Shown here in pieces: positions 39,779-49,214 of a stretch of 64,000 nt of DNA. The translations under genes were made by a program, and so were the position numbers. The notes beneath the pieces are model-generated. The model saw only the letters and a list, made by a program, of their open reading frames with translations, did no database searches and was not told the DNA's origin. The stretch is taken from positions 2,023 to 66,022 of the IMG/VR virus record IMGVR_UViG_3300030107_007272, one strand, 5' to 3'. Source of the stretch: a virus (taxonomy: Duplodnaviria; Caudoviricetes). Numbering within the stretch: the first letter of the stretch is position 1; each line of letters starts with the position of its first letter.

Positions 39779-40150
39779 CTATTTTATTGTTAAATGTGAT
39801 AATTGTAATATAATGATAATAACTGATAAAAACAAGCTTATTATTGTTCTTGTATCAGGTACTTCATTTAGTAAAATCCATGTTAATAAACCAAATGTCA
39901 ATGTGCCAATCCCAAATCCGATTGGACGAACATACCAATAATTTCCAAAATACTCATAATACCATTTAGTCCCATAAAAGAAAAGAATACTTATTGGTAT
40001 ACCACCTAATATAATCCACCACCAGGTTTTAGCCCATTCATATTTAAATTGACCTTGCATATGAAACCAAGCCCATATATGACCTAAAAGAGAAACTGCA
40101 ATTGCCATCCAAACCTTACTCATAATTTCTCCAATAATTTTCAAATTCAT
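39779..40150 (-). CDS. small multi-pass membrane protein (start probably 40123)
   Basis: Four hydrophobic helices; GGAG before MSKVW. Confidence 0.7.
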   Translation of the reverse strand: MNLKIIGEIMSKVWMAIAVSLLGHIWAWFHMQGQFKYEWAKTWWWIILGGIPISILFFYGTKWYYEYFGNYWYVRPIGFGIGTLTFGLLTWILLNEVPDTRTIISLFLSVIIIILQLSHLTIK

Positions 40151-40754
40151 TTTTTGATTTAAACAAATTATCTTTTTCTTCGATAATACTTTTTATTTTT
40201 TTGATTGAGCCTATGTTTGTTGTGTTACCACTCCCAGGTGTTCTAGATGCTACTCTCCATTTTTCTGTAAAAAATATTTCTATATTCGAAATAGTATTTT
40301 CCTCTCTATTGTAAAGTATACCAAACACAAAATGTTCTTTATAAGAATCATAAGGATAAACAGTATTTTTACAACTCATAGTGTCTCTAAAGTATCCTTT
40401 ATAAGTGCCTAATGTCATACCATTAATTACATCATCGTTTTTTTTGTATGAACTTTTTTCATCAACAGCATAAATGTCACCAGTTTTATTACACTTTAAA
40501 GTAACATCTGGATATTGATTTTGTTTTTTAGCAAATTCAATTGTATAATTATTTTCTTTACAAAACTTTTTCCAAACATTCTCTAATTGTGTCTCAAATA
40601 ATTTACTAATTACTTTTGTATCAATTGGTATTTGAAAATTATTACCATAACAATCAACCAAACCATTACTTAAAGTCCATTTACCATCATGAGATAAGAC
40701 CTTATGAAATGTATTTAAATTTTTATTGACTAGTTTTTTTAACAAATTACTCAC
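40116..40754 (-). CDS. EcoRV-family type II restriction endonuclease
   Basis: DTKVISKLFE, QNQYPDVT, AVDEKSSY, TLGTY, GSGNTTNIGSI, FENYWRNYE all parallel EcoRV motifs. Confidence 0.85.
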   Translation of the reverse strand: MSNLLKKLVNKNLNTFHKVLSHDGKWTLSNGLVDCYGNNFQIPIDTKVISKLFETQLENVWKKFCKENNYTIEFAKKQNQYPDVTLKCNKTGDIYAVDEKSSYKKNDDVINGMTLGTYKGYFRDTMSCKNTVYPYDSYKEHFVFGILYNREENTISNIEIFFTEKWRVASRTPGSGNTTNIGSIKKIKSIIEEKDNLFKSKNEFENYWRNYE

Positions 40755-41170
40755 TTAACTCCCATTTTTTTTATTTCTTTATCAGATTTACCATATTTTT
40801 GTAACAAAGATTTTAACTCATTTGTTGTCATTAATTTAAAATATTCACCGGCTTGTAACTTACTAACCTCAAAATACTCTTGTATGAAAGGGACAACTTT
40901 CTCGTTCACTTTTGTTTTTTTACCACTAAGATACCTTAGAAAAGTTTTCTTATTTGGAAGTAATGAACAATAGAACTTATAGACAGCAGAATGTGGCATT
41001 ACCTCTATTGTTAGTTTTTGAAAATGATTTACAATCGGTAGATAATCATTGTTCATACTTAAGTAACGATTTACCATAAACGGACTAAACTTCTTTTGTT
41101 CTTCCTCTGAAAAACTATCCCAAGGTCTTTTCTTAGTGAATAGTTCGTCTATCCACTTAAATAAGTTCAT
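40751..41170 (-). CDS. clamp loader small subunit (T4 gp62-like)
   Basis: FSPFMVNRYLS...YFEVS; next to clamp loader and clamp. Confidence 0.75.
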   Translation of the reverse strand: MNLFKWIDELFTKKRPWDSFSEEEQKKFSPFMVNRYLSMNNDYLPIVNHFQKLTIEVMPHSAVYKFYCSLLPNKKTFLRYLSGKKTKVNEKVVPFIQEYFEVSKLQAGEYFKLMTTNELKSLLQKYGKSDKEIKKMGVK

Positions 41171-41396
41171 CTAATTCCTGTAGTGGTAGCATCTCTCCAC
41201 AATTTCCACAATTGAAAACTTGGATTGGAGCGATAACTTCTTTACCAGTAGGTGACACAATAGCAGATATTTTCTTTATGACATAACCTTGTATGAAAAC
41301 TGGATTTTCACATTTCTGACAAACCATAGTTTCGGCGTCTTGTAAGTCAACCTTCACTTGTTGTTGTGGTAATGGTTTCATTGGTTTCATTGTCAT
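41157..41396 (-). CDS. zinc-ribbon protein
   Basis: CQKC and CGNC. Confidence 0.7.
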   Translation of the reverse strand: MTMKPMKPLPQQQVKVDLQDAETMVCQKCENPVFIQGYVIKKISAIVSPTGKEVIAPIQVFNCGNCGEMLPLQELDELI

Positions 41397-41397
41397 T

Positions 41398-42306
41398 TTA
41401 TAATCTCCTTAATATATTAGCAATAGTAGCCATAAAATTTATCTCTTTATCAACTACTAACACATCTTGATAAGCACCGTTTGATATATCTACAATAACT
41501 TCTGGTAGTTTATCAACTGATATATTTTCTACTTCATCATACAAAAAACGATATAGCTCTGTGTAATCTGTAAAGTTACTGTCAGCCACAAACTTACGAA
41601 TAGTTCTTAAGTCAACACCATTTTGTATCATCTCTAAGAACTGAAGTTTGAACTCATTATGTAACATTCCATCTTTGTCTATTTTTAACTGACCATCAAT
41701 CGCCTGTCTTTGTAAGTCGTTAATAACTTTTCTTAAGTCAGGATAACCAGCAGTTACAACAAGTGCCAAATCATCTAAATCAAAAGAGATATTCTCTTTT
41801 TCCAAAATATACTTAGCGTGAACAGCGACATCTTTCTTTGATGGTGGAATAATCTTATAGGTTTGACATCTACTCTGAATCGGGTCAATAATCTTCTCGA
41901 CATAATTACAAGTCAAGATGAACCGACAATGAGCAGAGAAAGTCTCCATAAGATTACGAAGAGCCGGTTGAGCTGAATTAACATTAAGATAATCAGCCTC
42001 ATCCAAGATTACGATTTTATTTGGTTTGAATCCAACAGAAGAAGCAAAGTTCTTTAGCTTGTCCCTAACCAAATCTATGTTTCGTTCATCCGAAGCATTA
42101 ATATAGAGATAGTCACATTCAATAGCGTTTACGATAATCTTGGCAAGGGTTGTTTTACCCCCACCGGCTCTACCATATAATAATAGGTGTGGAACATTTT
42201 GTTCTTCTATAAACCTCTCGACTTTTGTCTTAAGAGTTTCATTACCAACATATGTATCTAATGTCGATGGACGATAACGCTCCACCCATAATCCATGTGA
42301 ACTCAT
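41398..42306 (-). CDS. clamp loader AAA+ subunit (gp44/RFC small subunit)
   Basis: WVERYRP, GRAGGGKTT, LDEAD, SRC. Confidence 0.95.
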   Translation of the reverse strand: MSSHGLWVERYRPSTLDTYVGNETLKTKVERFIEEQNVPHLLLYGRAGGGKTTLAKIIVNAIECDYLYINASDERNIDLVRDKLKNFASSVGFKPNKIVILDEADYLNVNSAQPALRNLMETFSAHCRFILTCNYVEKIIDPIQSRCQTYKIIPPSKKDVAVHAKYILEKENISFDLDDLALVVTAGYPDLRKVINDLQRQAIDGQLKIDKDGMLHNEFKLQFLEMIQNGVDLRTIRKFVADSNFTDYTELYRFLYDEVENISVDKLPEVIVDISNGAYQDVLVVDKEINFMATIANILRRL

Positions 42307-42307
42307 A

Positions 42308-43030
42308 TTAAACCTGCTGTGACACTAAGTAATATTTTACATTGAAGTCATCAATACTAAACTCAATATGAGCAAGTCCTTTATCACTAATCTGTAAAAC
42401 AGCTTTAGAACATTCTTTGTTTGCATTCAGAACTTCCTTAAACAAGTTAGCATTGAAAACAATAGAATCAGTTAGATTAACTGCTCCACTTTGAGCTTTT
42501 ATACTAATACGATTCGAGTTGATGTCACTAAAACCGATGACGAACTCTACACCACCATCAACTGATTTGACAGCAAAATGTTCTACATCAGCAAGAGCAC
42601 TTTTACCACGAATAAAAGAATTTATAAACTGAGTGTCAATATTAATAAGAGTGTTAAACTCAGGAACATTTTTCATTTCTGGTACATCAGGAATAACACC
42701 AATAGCAGCAAGCACATAATCAACTGAAATATTATTATCAGTAAAGTGAAACGCCACAGGTTGCTCCTCATCTGATGGTGATTTGATTAAATCAAAATCT
42801 ACTTTATCAGCAAGCGTTGCCATCATTTTTGATAAAAGAGGTGTATCATAAACACCAACTTCAAAGTTTGGTAAACTCTGTTTACTTAATGTTAATTCAC
42901 CCAAAAGACTCTTATCTGGTGATATAAAACGAGTAGAAAGTGTGTCGCCATTTGACTCCCACTTAACTGAATTTATACTACCACCAAGATTGTACTTTTG
43001 GATAAAGGTATCTAATGTGATTTTATTCAT
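42308..43030 (-). CDS. sliding clamp (gp45/PCNA-like)
   Basis: 240 aa beta-rich protein ending KYYLV between polymerase and clamp loader. Confidence 0.75.
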   Translation of the reverse strand: MNKITLDTFIQKYNLGGSINSVKWESNGDTLSTRFISPDKSLLGELTLSKQSLPNFEVGVYDTPLLSKMMATLADKVDFDLIKSPSDEEQPVAFHFTDNNISVDYVLAAIGVIPDVPEMKNVPEFNTLINIDTQFINSFIRGKSALADVEHFAVKSVDGGVEFVIGFSDINSNRISIKAQSGAVNLTDSIVFNANLFKEVLNANKECSKAVLQISDKGLAHIEFSIDDFNVKYYLVSQQV

Positions 43031-43056
43031 TATTATTATTCTCCATATTATTATTT

Positions 43057-43085
43057 AATTTACGAATTATTTGTTTAAATGTCAA
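43057..43085 (-). promoter_or_regulatory. sigma70-like promoter TTGACA-N17-TAAATT
   Basis: Intergenic, upstream of the clamp gene and its GGAG RBS. Confidence 0.65.
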
Positions 43086-43086
43086 G

Positions 43087-45612
43087 TTAAAAAAACTTTT
43101 CAATTGTATTTTTTTTGTCTACTGGCATATCCCAAGACATAGCATCATAAAACATTTTTATCTTCTTACTTAATGCCTTATCAAATAGTTTGTCTCTATC
43201 AACATACTTGTTAATAAAATCAATGATTTGTTGAGGATCATCATAACCTTTATAAGCAATCCCATCAATATTGTAAGGATTCGTCTTAAGATAAACCCAA
43301 CGAACTTTATTACCATTTGAAATAGGTTCGTGATTTGTAGTTTTGAAATGTTTTAGTAAGTCATTATATATAACCGAAGCTTTGGTGTGTACTGGCGAAC
43401 CTTTCTTCATAGATGTAAACATTGTCTTACTATCAAAACCACCTTTTGATTTATCAACATACTTAGTCATACCCTTAACACCTGTTGGAAGAGCAATCTT
43501 ATCTAACTCTTCGTTTTCTAGGTTTTTCTTAAAGTTAAGAATAAACTCATCAATCTTTTCTTTAGGCACTTTAGCAAGAATAGCTTTAAGAACTTTAGTC
43601 ATAAAATCACGAAATGCTGGGGGAAATGAACTCCGAACAATATCCAAACCTTTTACATCAAGTTTTTCTACCTCTAAACCAGCATCATTAATAATCCATT
43701 GACCATATCGTTTTTTAGTAACCCAAAAAGCAGACTTAGCAATCAACTCTTGTTTAATCTCAAATCTATGGTTACTTCTAATATTTAGAAAATTATTACT
43801 AAAGTAATCATAGGATTTATTAATATAATCTTGAACCTCACTAGCAATATCAAGTATTTGTTCGGTCATAAACTTATCATCTGTCACATCAGCATTTGGT
43901 ATTCTATTTTTTACAAGAGGAAGAGCAGAGTAGAAAACTGAGTCTGTATCTGTATAAATACAATAATCTTTATCATCTTTAAGTATTTTGTTGTAGTAAC
44001 TATTAGCAATCTTCTCCGTAAACTGAATTAGCTTTTGACCAGTCGTTGTCGTTCCTTCGGCATTGTCTATATCATAAAACCTAAATACTGTCAATCCCAA
44101 AACGCCGTACAGACTATTTAGAAGAATCTTTTGCACCAACTGTCTTCTATCAAAATATCCATGTAGTTCATCATTACCCTCTTGTCCATACTTCTTTGCC
44201 AGTTTCCTATACTCTACTCTTTCATTAAACCATTTCTCAAGTATTGCTGGTATAACACCCTTTTTGGACAAATCATACAGAACACCGTTAGAAGAAATGG
44301 ATACATTATTTTTATTAAAAAAATCTTTTAACTCACCACTTGTAAAAGTTCTAATAACTTTTTTACCTTTGTTTACTGTGTAGTGTTTATCAATACCTTT
44401 TATAAATTCTTCCGCATCCCAACCATTTATCTTACCTATTTTAGTTTCTGGCGACATATTCAGAGACATAATGATACTCGGATACATAGATGTTAAATCT
44501 AAATCAAACACCCAATCGTATCTACCTGGTATTGGTGCTTTTACATAAGCACCAGCAAACCTACCCTCAGAACCATCGTATGTTACATCAGCACCCTTAC
44601 TCGGAGCAACTAAACTTAAACTACGAAGATAAACTAACATGGCACCTTCAATGTAACGAGAACTAAAGTAAACCTCTTCATAAGGTATCCTACCTAAATG
44701 TGATACAGCACGAGCCAAGTCCAAGAGTTTAAACTTTTGGTCAAGTGCTTTAACTATCTCAACATCGTTTAGATTATATTCAATAAACTTATCAATATCA
44801 TTTTTGTATAGGTCATCTAATGTTCCCTCATACTCAACCTTACCCAACCCTACCTCTATTGTTCCGATATGGTCTAAACGATAACTTGATTGTTGTGTGT
44901 ATGTAAACTTTCTATAAAGGTCTAAATAATCCAAAGAACTAACACCAGCAATTCTGTACATCTTTTTGTTAGGATTATATTTTACGATTTGAATTGGTGA
45001 TAGAGCATTAGCAAACTCTTCACCTAAAACTTTTGAAAGACGATTATATAAATAAGGAATGTCAAACCCATTTGTATTCCAACCAGTAACAACTGTTGGT
45101 TTTACATCTATCCAATATTTTAGAAACTCTTGTAATAATTGACTTTCGGTGGAATAAAAACGAATATCAACTTCATCCTTGATATTATCTTGTCCCTCTC
45201 CTAAAACATAAACACGATACTTTTCATCATATTTAGTATACATAGCAATTGAGGTAACTTTATTATTTGCCTTTGATGGTTCTGGAAAACCATCAGTAAC
45301 TTCTACCTCAATATCAAAAAATAATTCTTTATGTTCTTTTGATGGTTCATCAGAATCTTCATATCTATCTAAAAGAATACGAGTTTCCAATGGAACATCA
45401 GACTCAAATACACGACCAGTCTTGAAGTCTTCCTCTGTCCAATATGTAACTTTCTTTAGCTTGTCCCCATAAATAGAACGATATGTGCCACTCCCATCAC
45501 GCACATAAGCATAATTTTTAAATATAAAGTTTTGATAACCAGCAACATCATCCCAAAGATGAACTTCTACTTGATTACCACCCCTTTTTTCACACCAAAT
45601 ATTTTGGTAAAT
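43087..45612 (-). CDS. family B DNA polymerase (gp43-like), probable ATT start
   Basis: FDIEVE exonuclease, DLTSMYPS, KILLNSLYG, YTDTDS, KKRY; frame open for 36 more codons upstream of the listed GTG (IYQNIWCEK...HLWDD). Confidence 0.92.
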   Translation of the reverse strand: MYQNIWCEKRGGNQVEVHLWDDVAGYQNFIFKNYAYVRDGSGTYRSIYGDKLKKVTYWTEEDFKTGRVFESDVPLETRILLDRYEDSDEPSKEHKELFFDIEVEVTDGFPEPSKANNKVTSIAMYTKYDEKYRVYVLGEGQDNIKDEVDIRFYSTESQLLQEFLKYWIDVKPTVVTGWNTNGFDIPYLYNRLSKVLGEEFANALSPIQIVKYNPNKKMYRIAGVSSLDYLDLYRKFTYTQQSSYRLDHIGTIEVGLGKVEYEGTLDDLYKNDIDKFIEYNLNDVEIVKALDQKFKLLDLARAVSHLGRIPYEEVYFSSRYIEGAMLVYLRSLSLVAPSKGADVTYDGSEGRFAGAYVKAPIPGRYDWVFDLDLTSMYPSIIMSLNMSPETKIGKINGWDAEEFIKGIDKHYTVNKGKKVIRTFTSGELKDFFNKNNVSISSNGVLYDLSKKGVIPAILEKWFNERVEYRKLAKKYGQEGNDELHGYFDRRQLVQKILLNSLYGVLGLTVFRFYDIDNAEGTTTTGQKLIQFTEKIANSYYNKILKDDKDYCIYTDTDSVFYSALPLVKNRIPNADVTDDKFMTEQILDIASEVQDYINKSYDYFSNNFLNIRSNHRFEIKQELIAKSAFWVTKKRYGQWIINDAGLEVEKLDVKGLDIVRSSFPPAFRDFMTKVLKAILAKVPKEKIDEFILNFKKNLENEELDKIALPTGVKGMTKYVDKSKGGFDSKTMFTSMKKGSPVHTKASVIYNDLLKHFKTTNHEPISNGNKVRWVYLKTNPYNIDGIAYKGYDDPQQIIDFINKYVDRDKLFDKALSKKIKMFYDAMSWDMPVDKKNTIEKFF

Positions 45613-45615
45613 AAC

Positions 45616-45939
45616 CTACTCCCATACTATACTTGATTCTAAATCACCATACATTAACAAACTATTTAAGATTAACTCATCGTTATCTGTCCAATTTTCA
45701 TCGTGGTCTTCCCAATAAACCTCACCTGTATCATAGTTATATATTTGCTCGACATCAACATCACCATCAACATAATCCCACACAACAGATAAATTATTTA
45801 TATCATTTATCTCTTGTTGTGAAATACCATTTAAAACGCCAGCTTCATTTAATAATCCAAGAAGTGTAATCTCCCTAACATTAGTTCCCAACTCAGAAAC
45901 TCCTATTAAGTAATCACTACCATAAATTGACTCTTTCAT
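45616..45939 (-). CDS. acidic hypothetical protein
   Basis: 107 aa ORF, GGAG RBS, TAATG overlap. Confidence 0.7.
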   Translation of the reverse strand: MKESIYGSDYLIGVSELGTNVREITLLGLLNEAGVLNGISQQEINDINNLSVVWDYVDGDVDVEQIYNYDTGEVYWEDHDENWTDNDELILNSLLMYGDLESSIVWE

Positions 45940-46277
45940 TATACATACTCCGGATGACCATTCATAGCGGCATCAAATTCTGCTTGTGCTTTTGGATTAT
46001 CAAATACAATTTCATCATCTAACATATAAGTAGGAAGCAAACCTTCCTTATCAAACCACTCCAATACTAAATCAAAATCCTCTTCTGATAAATGAGTGAA
46101 CCATTCTTTATCACAATCCACAACATTTATAGGATCGTCAGGATCAAATGAACCATCGGCCATTATAGACATAGTATCGCCAGTTGATGTATTAAATACA
46201 CAACCAACAGAGTCCAATATCTTAATATGACCAAGATTATTTTCTTCTGTTAGATTTTCTTTTGTGAATAAAAACAT
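45939..46277 (-). CDS. acidic hypothetical protein
   Basis: 112 aa ORF downstream of a promoter, AAGGA RBS. Confidence 0.7.
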   Translation of the reverse strand: MFLFTKENLTEENNLGHIKILDSVGCVFNTSTGDTMSIMADGSFDPDDPINVVDCDKEWFTHLSEEDFDLVLEWFDKEGLLPTYMLDDEIVFDNPKAQAEFDAAMNGHPEYV

Positions 46278-46302
46278 TTATTTTTCCTTTTCTTTACATA
46301 TA

Positions 46303-46332
46303 AAGCTACTAATAAAATAGTATATAAGTCAA
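46303..46332 (-). promoter_or_regulatory. sigma70-like promoter TTGACT-N18-TAGCTT
   Basis: Just after the terminator; drives two small genes and probably the polymerase. Confidence 0.6.
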
Positions 46333-46344
46333 GCATTTTTTTGG

Positions 46345-46371
46345 AAAAATGGGGGCAAATAAATGCCCCCA
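46345..46371 (-). terminator. intrinsic terminator after the TonB receptor gene
   Basis: TGGGGGCA-tttatt-TGCCCCCA hairpin followed by TTTTT. Confidence 0.8.
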
Positions 46372-46383
46372 AATTTAACCATT

Positions 46384-49149
46384 TTAGAAATTAACAGAAA
46401 GTCCTAAGTTGTAGCTTCTTGGTGTTCCAAGAAATACTTCAGCGTTATGAGCAGCGTGAACTTTATCACCATACCCATTGTACCTACTGTTATCAACTGC
46501 ATCTTGAATAAAAACATCATCAAGAGCGTTAAAGACATGACCACTAATAGTCATATCCAAACCAGCAATCTCTGGTAACTTATAAGATAAATGTATGTCT
46601 AACTTACCATAAGATGGAGTTTTCCATACTTGCTCTCTATCAGCATCACCTTCAACCTCACGAGAGTCAGGACTCCAATCAGCATAATGGTCATCATACC
46701 ATCTATAAAGTCCTTGTAGACTCAATCCCTTGATTGGTTTCAATGTAAGTCCACCAACATAAGCAGTTTGTGGCATATCACCAACTTTTAGATTATTTAG
46801 AGCATACTCATACTCAGTAGAAGTTTGTCCAATGATTTGACCATCATCGTTGTATTCCATCTCTGTATAGTCGCCTACAGCGTCTCCATCAAAATACCAA
46901 TCACCTTTACTGAATGCTACATCTAAATCAACCATTTCGTGTAGTGCAACTTTAGCCTCAACCTCAACACCACTATGACTTTGGTTTACACCAGTCAAGT
47001 AAATAATGTCGGTATCACCTGAGTCACCTTGTCCAGTTGTAACGGACTTGGTTAGGTTTCTGTCTTTCCATTGAGTATTGTAGTAACTACCTTTGACAGC
47101 AACTAACTCACTTCTGTATTCACCACCTATTTCATTAGAAATGAATTTTTCATTATCAGGATCAGAAGATACATTACCATCGTAATCAATCACATTATCC
47201 AAGATTGGTGGTTTCTGAACATATCCGATATTAGCAAATGCTGATAGTCTATCATCAAGATTATATCTACCACCACCTTTTACTTGAAAGGTTGTGATGG
47301 ATGGAGCTTCAACTACGGTTGTGTTCTTCTTAGTGGCATCATCAGCATCAGTAGCAAAATGGTCAAGATAAGAATATCCAATAGTAGATACACCACCCAT
47401 ACCATAAAGGTTGAACTTGGCTATGTCGTATTTACCTTGTACAAAAGCACCAAACCAATCAACAGTTGTTTCATTGTGATAAGCAATTATATCACCCAAA
47501 CCAACTTTCTTACCATCAGGTGCGTTGTCATCGGCAAAGTCTACATAGTAGTCCCCACCAAGTAAATCACGAACTTCTCTAGCGTGTTCAATACCCGCAG
47601 TTCTCCAATCAATACCAACTTGAACTTCCAAGTCATCATTCACATCATAGTTTAACTTTGAAATTAAACCATAAGTGTTCTGTCTATTGATTGAATTACG
47701 AAGAATACCAGTTGAACGATTTTCAGTATCAGACCAAGCAGAATCTACATTAGCAGAGTTCTGAGCAATCTCTCCATCCCAATCCCACATCCAAGGTGAG
47801 CTAGCCCACCAGTTGTTTCCTTCAATAGCAGGTTTTCTACTGACACTACCATAAGTGCCTGTACCACCACCTGAACCACCAGACCAATATAATACAGATG
47901 ATAAACTCATATCATTATTTATATCGTAAAAGTGATTTAGGTTTACAAGTGGTTTATGAAAGAAGTTTTCTCTTTCATTCAACAGATTTGAATTGTATCT
48001 GTCGGTTGTTCTCGCTCCATACATATACCAGTATTGTTGTCCTTTATAGTCTGAACTAACAGGAGCCCAATTCTGATTAAAAAACCTTCCAGCTTCATAT
48101 TCAAACTTATTACCAGTGACATAAGCTGAATCATCGTATCCACCGATACTACCAGCCAAGTCTTGTGAATAAGTTGCTATGTTCTGTTTATACAGGTTTT
48201 GACCATGACGCTGTGGAGCACCAATGGCGTATAACTCAAATCGTTGGTCATCACTTACAGCATAACTCGCTCCCGCGTAATATGCCCAAGCATCTGTCCA
48301 AGTTCCATCAATTAAACCATCACCAGTTTTACGAACTATCGTTCCACTTAGTGCCAGTTTATCACCTATTAGACCTGTGTTATAGTTGATTGTTGTTTTC
48401 AAGAAACCATTTACGCCAGTTTCTTGTTTGAATTTACCACCCTTATCGTGAGCAGCAGGATCGGTGATTATGTTCATAGTTCCACCAATTGATGGTGTAG
48501 CAAGATTAACAGCCGATAGACCTCTTTGCATCTGAATGGAAGAAGTAGCATCTCCTACCCCATCCCAATTAGACCAATAAACCCATCCGTTCTCCATATC
48601 ATTTTGGGGAACACCATTTATCATGACGGCTACATTTCGTTGGTTGAATCCACGAACATTGATACGAGCATCACCCGCACCACCACCTTGTTGTGTAGCA
48701 TATACTGATGGTGTAGTGTTAAGAATCATTGGAATGTCTTGTGAACCAAGACGAACTTCCATTTCCTCTTTACTAACATTAGTATAAGCAACAGGTGTTG
48801 TTTCATCAGCACGAGAGGCCAAGACCTCAAGAGCTGACATTGTAAGTGCACCGACTTCTAAAACAAAGTCTAGACCTACATTTTCTTCACCCACCACTAT
48901 ATCTTTTGATAATGATGAGTACCCAATGAAAGAAGCTGTAATTGTATAATCACCAGAACCTCCTGGTAGGTCTATAAAATAAGAGCCATCTTCTAAAGAT
49001 GTAGCCCCTAAATCAGTACCCTCTACTATTACATTTGCTCCCATCAAAGGTTTACTTCCATCACTTACAATACCTGACACTCCTTGTCCAAGAAGAACAA
49101 TTGGTGTTAGAAATGTTAGTAACGAAAGTAGTAGATTACGCTTGTTCAT
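46384..49149 (-). CDS. TonB-dependent outer-membrane receptor with N-terminal carboxypeptidase-regulatory-like domain
   Basis: Signal peptide; PLMGANVIVEGT; plug RINVRGF...VMINGVP; C-terminal GTPRSYNLGLSVNF. Confidence 0.93.
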   Translation of the reverse strand: MNKRNLLLSLLTFLTPIVLLGQGVSGIVSDGSKPLMGANVIVEGTDLGATSLEDGSYFIDLPGGSGDYTITASFIGYSSLSKDIVVGEENVGLDFVLEVGALTMSALEVLASRADETTPVAYTNVSKEEMEVRLGSQDIPMILNTTPSVYATQQGGGAGDARINVRGFNQRNVAVMINGVPQNDMENGWVYWSNWDGVGDATSSIQMQRGLSAVNLATPSIGGTMNIITDPAAHDKGGKFKQETGVNGFLKTTINYNTGLIGDKLALSGTIVRKTGDGLIDGTWTDAWAYYAGASYAVSDDQRFELYAIGAPQRHGQNLYKQNIATYSQDLAGSIGGYDDSAYVTGNKFEYEAGRFFNQNWAPVSSDYKGQQYWYMYGARTTDRYNSNLLNERENFFHKPLVNLNHFYDINNDMSLSSVLYWSGGSGGGTGTYGSVSRKPAIEGNNWWASSPWMWDWDGEIAQNSANVDSAWSDTENRSTGILRNSINRQNTYGLISKLNYDVNDDLEVQVGIDWRTAGIEHAREVRDLLGGDYYVDFADDNAPDGKKVGLGDIIAYHNETTVDWFGAFVQGKYDIAKFNLYGMGGVSTIGYSYLDHFATDADDATKKNTTVVEAPSITTFQVKGGGRYNLDDRLSAFANIGYVQKPPILDNVIDYDGNVSSDPDNEKFISNEIGGEYRSELVAVKGSYYNTQWKDRNLTKSVTTGQGDSGDTDIIYLTGVNQSHSGVEVEAKVALHEMVDLDVAFSKGDWYFDGDAVGDYTEMEYNDDGQIIGQTSTEYEYALNNLKVGDMPQTAYVGGLTLKPIKGLSLQGLYRWYDDHYADWSPDSREVEGDADREQVWKTPSYGKLDIHLSYKLPEIAGLDMTISGHVFNALDDVFIQDAVDNSRYNGYGDKVHAAHNAEVFLGTPRSYNLGLSVNF

Positions 49150-49180
49150 TCGCGTTCTCCTCGTTGTTCATTAATGAAAG

Positions 49181-49214
49181 GACACATTTTTCTACAGGTG
49201 TGTCGTCTGCCTGT
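49181..49214 (-). promoter_or_regulatory. candidate H-type pseudoknot in the TonB receptor leader
   Basis: ACAGG-cagac-GACACA-CCTGT-agaaaaa-TGTGTC: two perfect interleaved stems. Confidence 0.45.
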
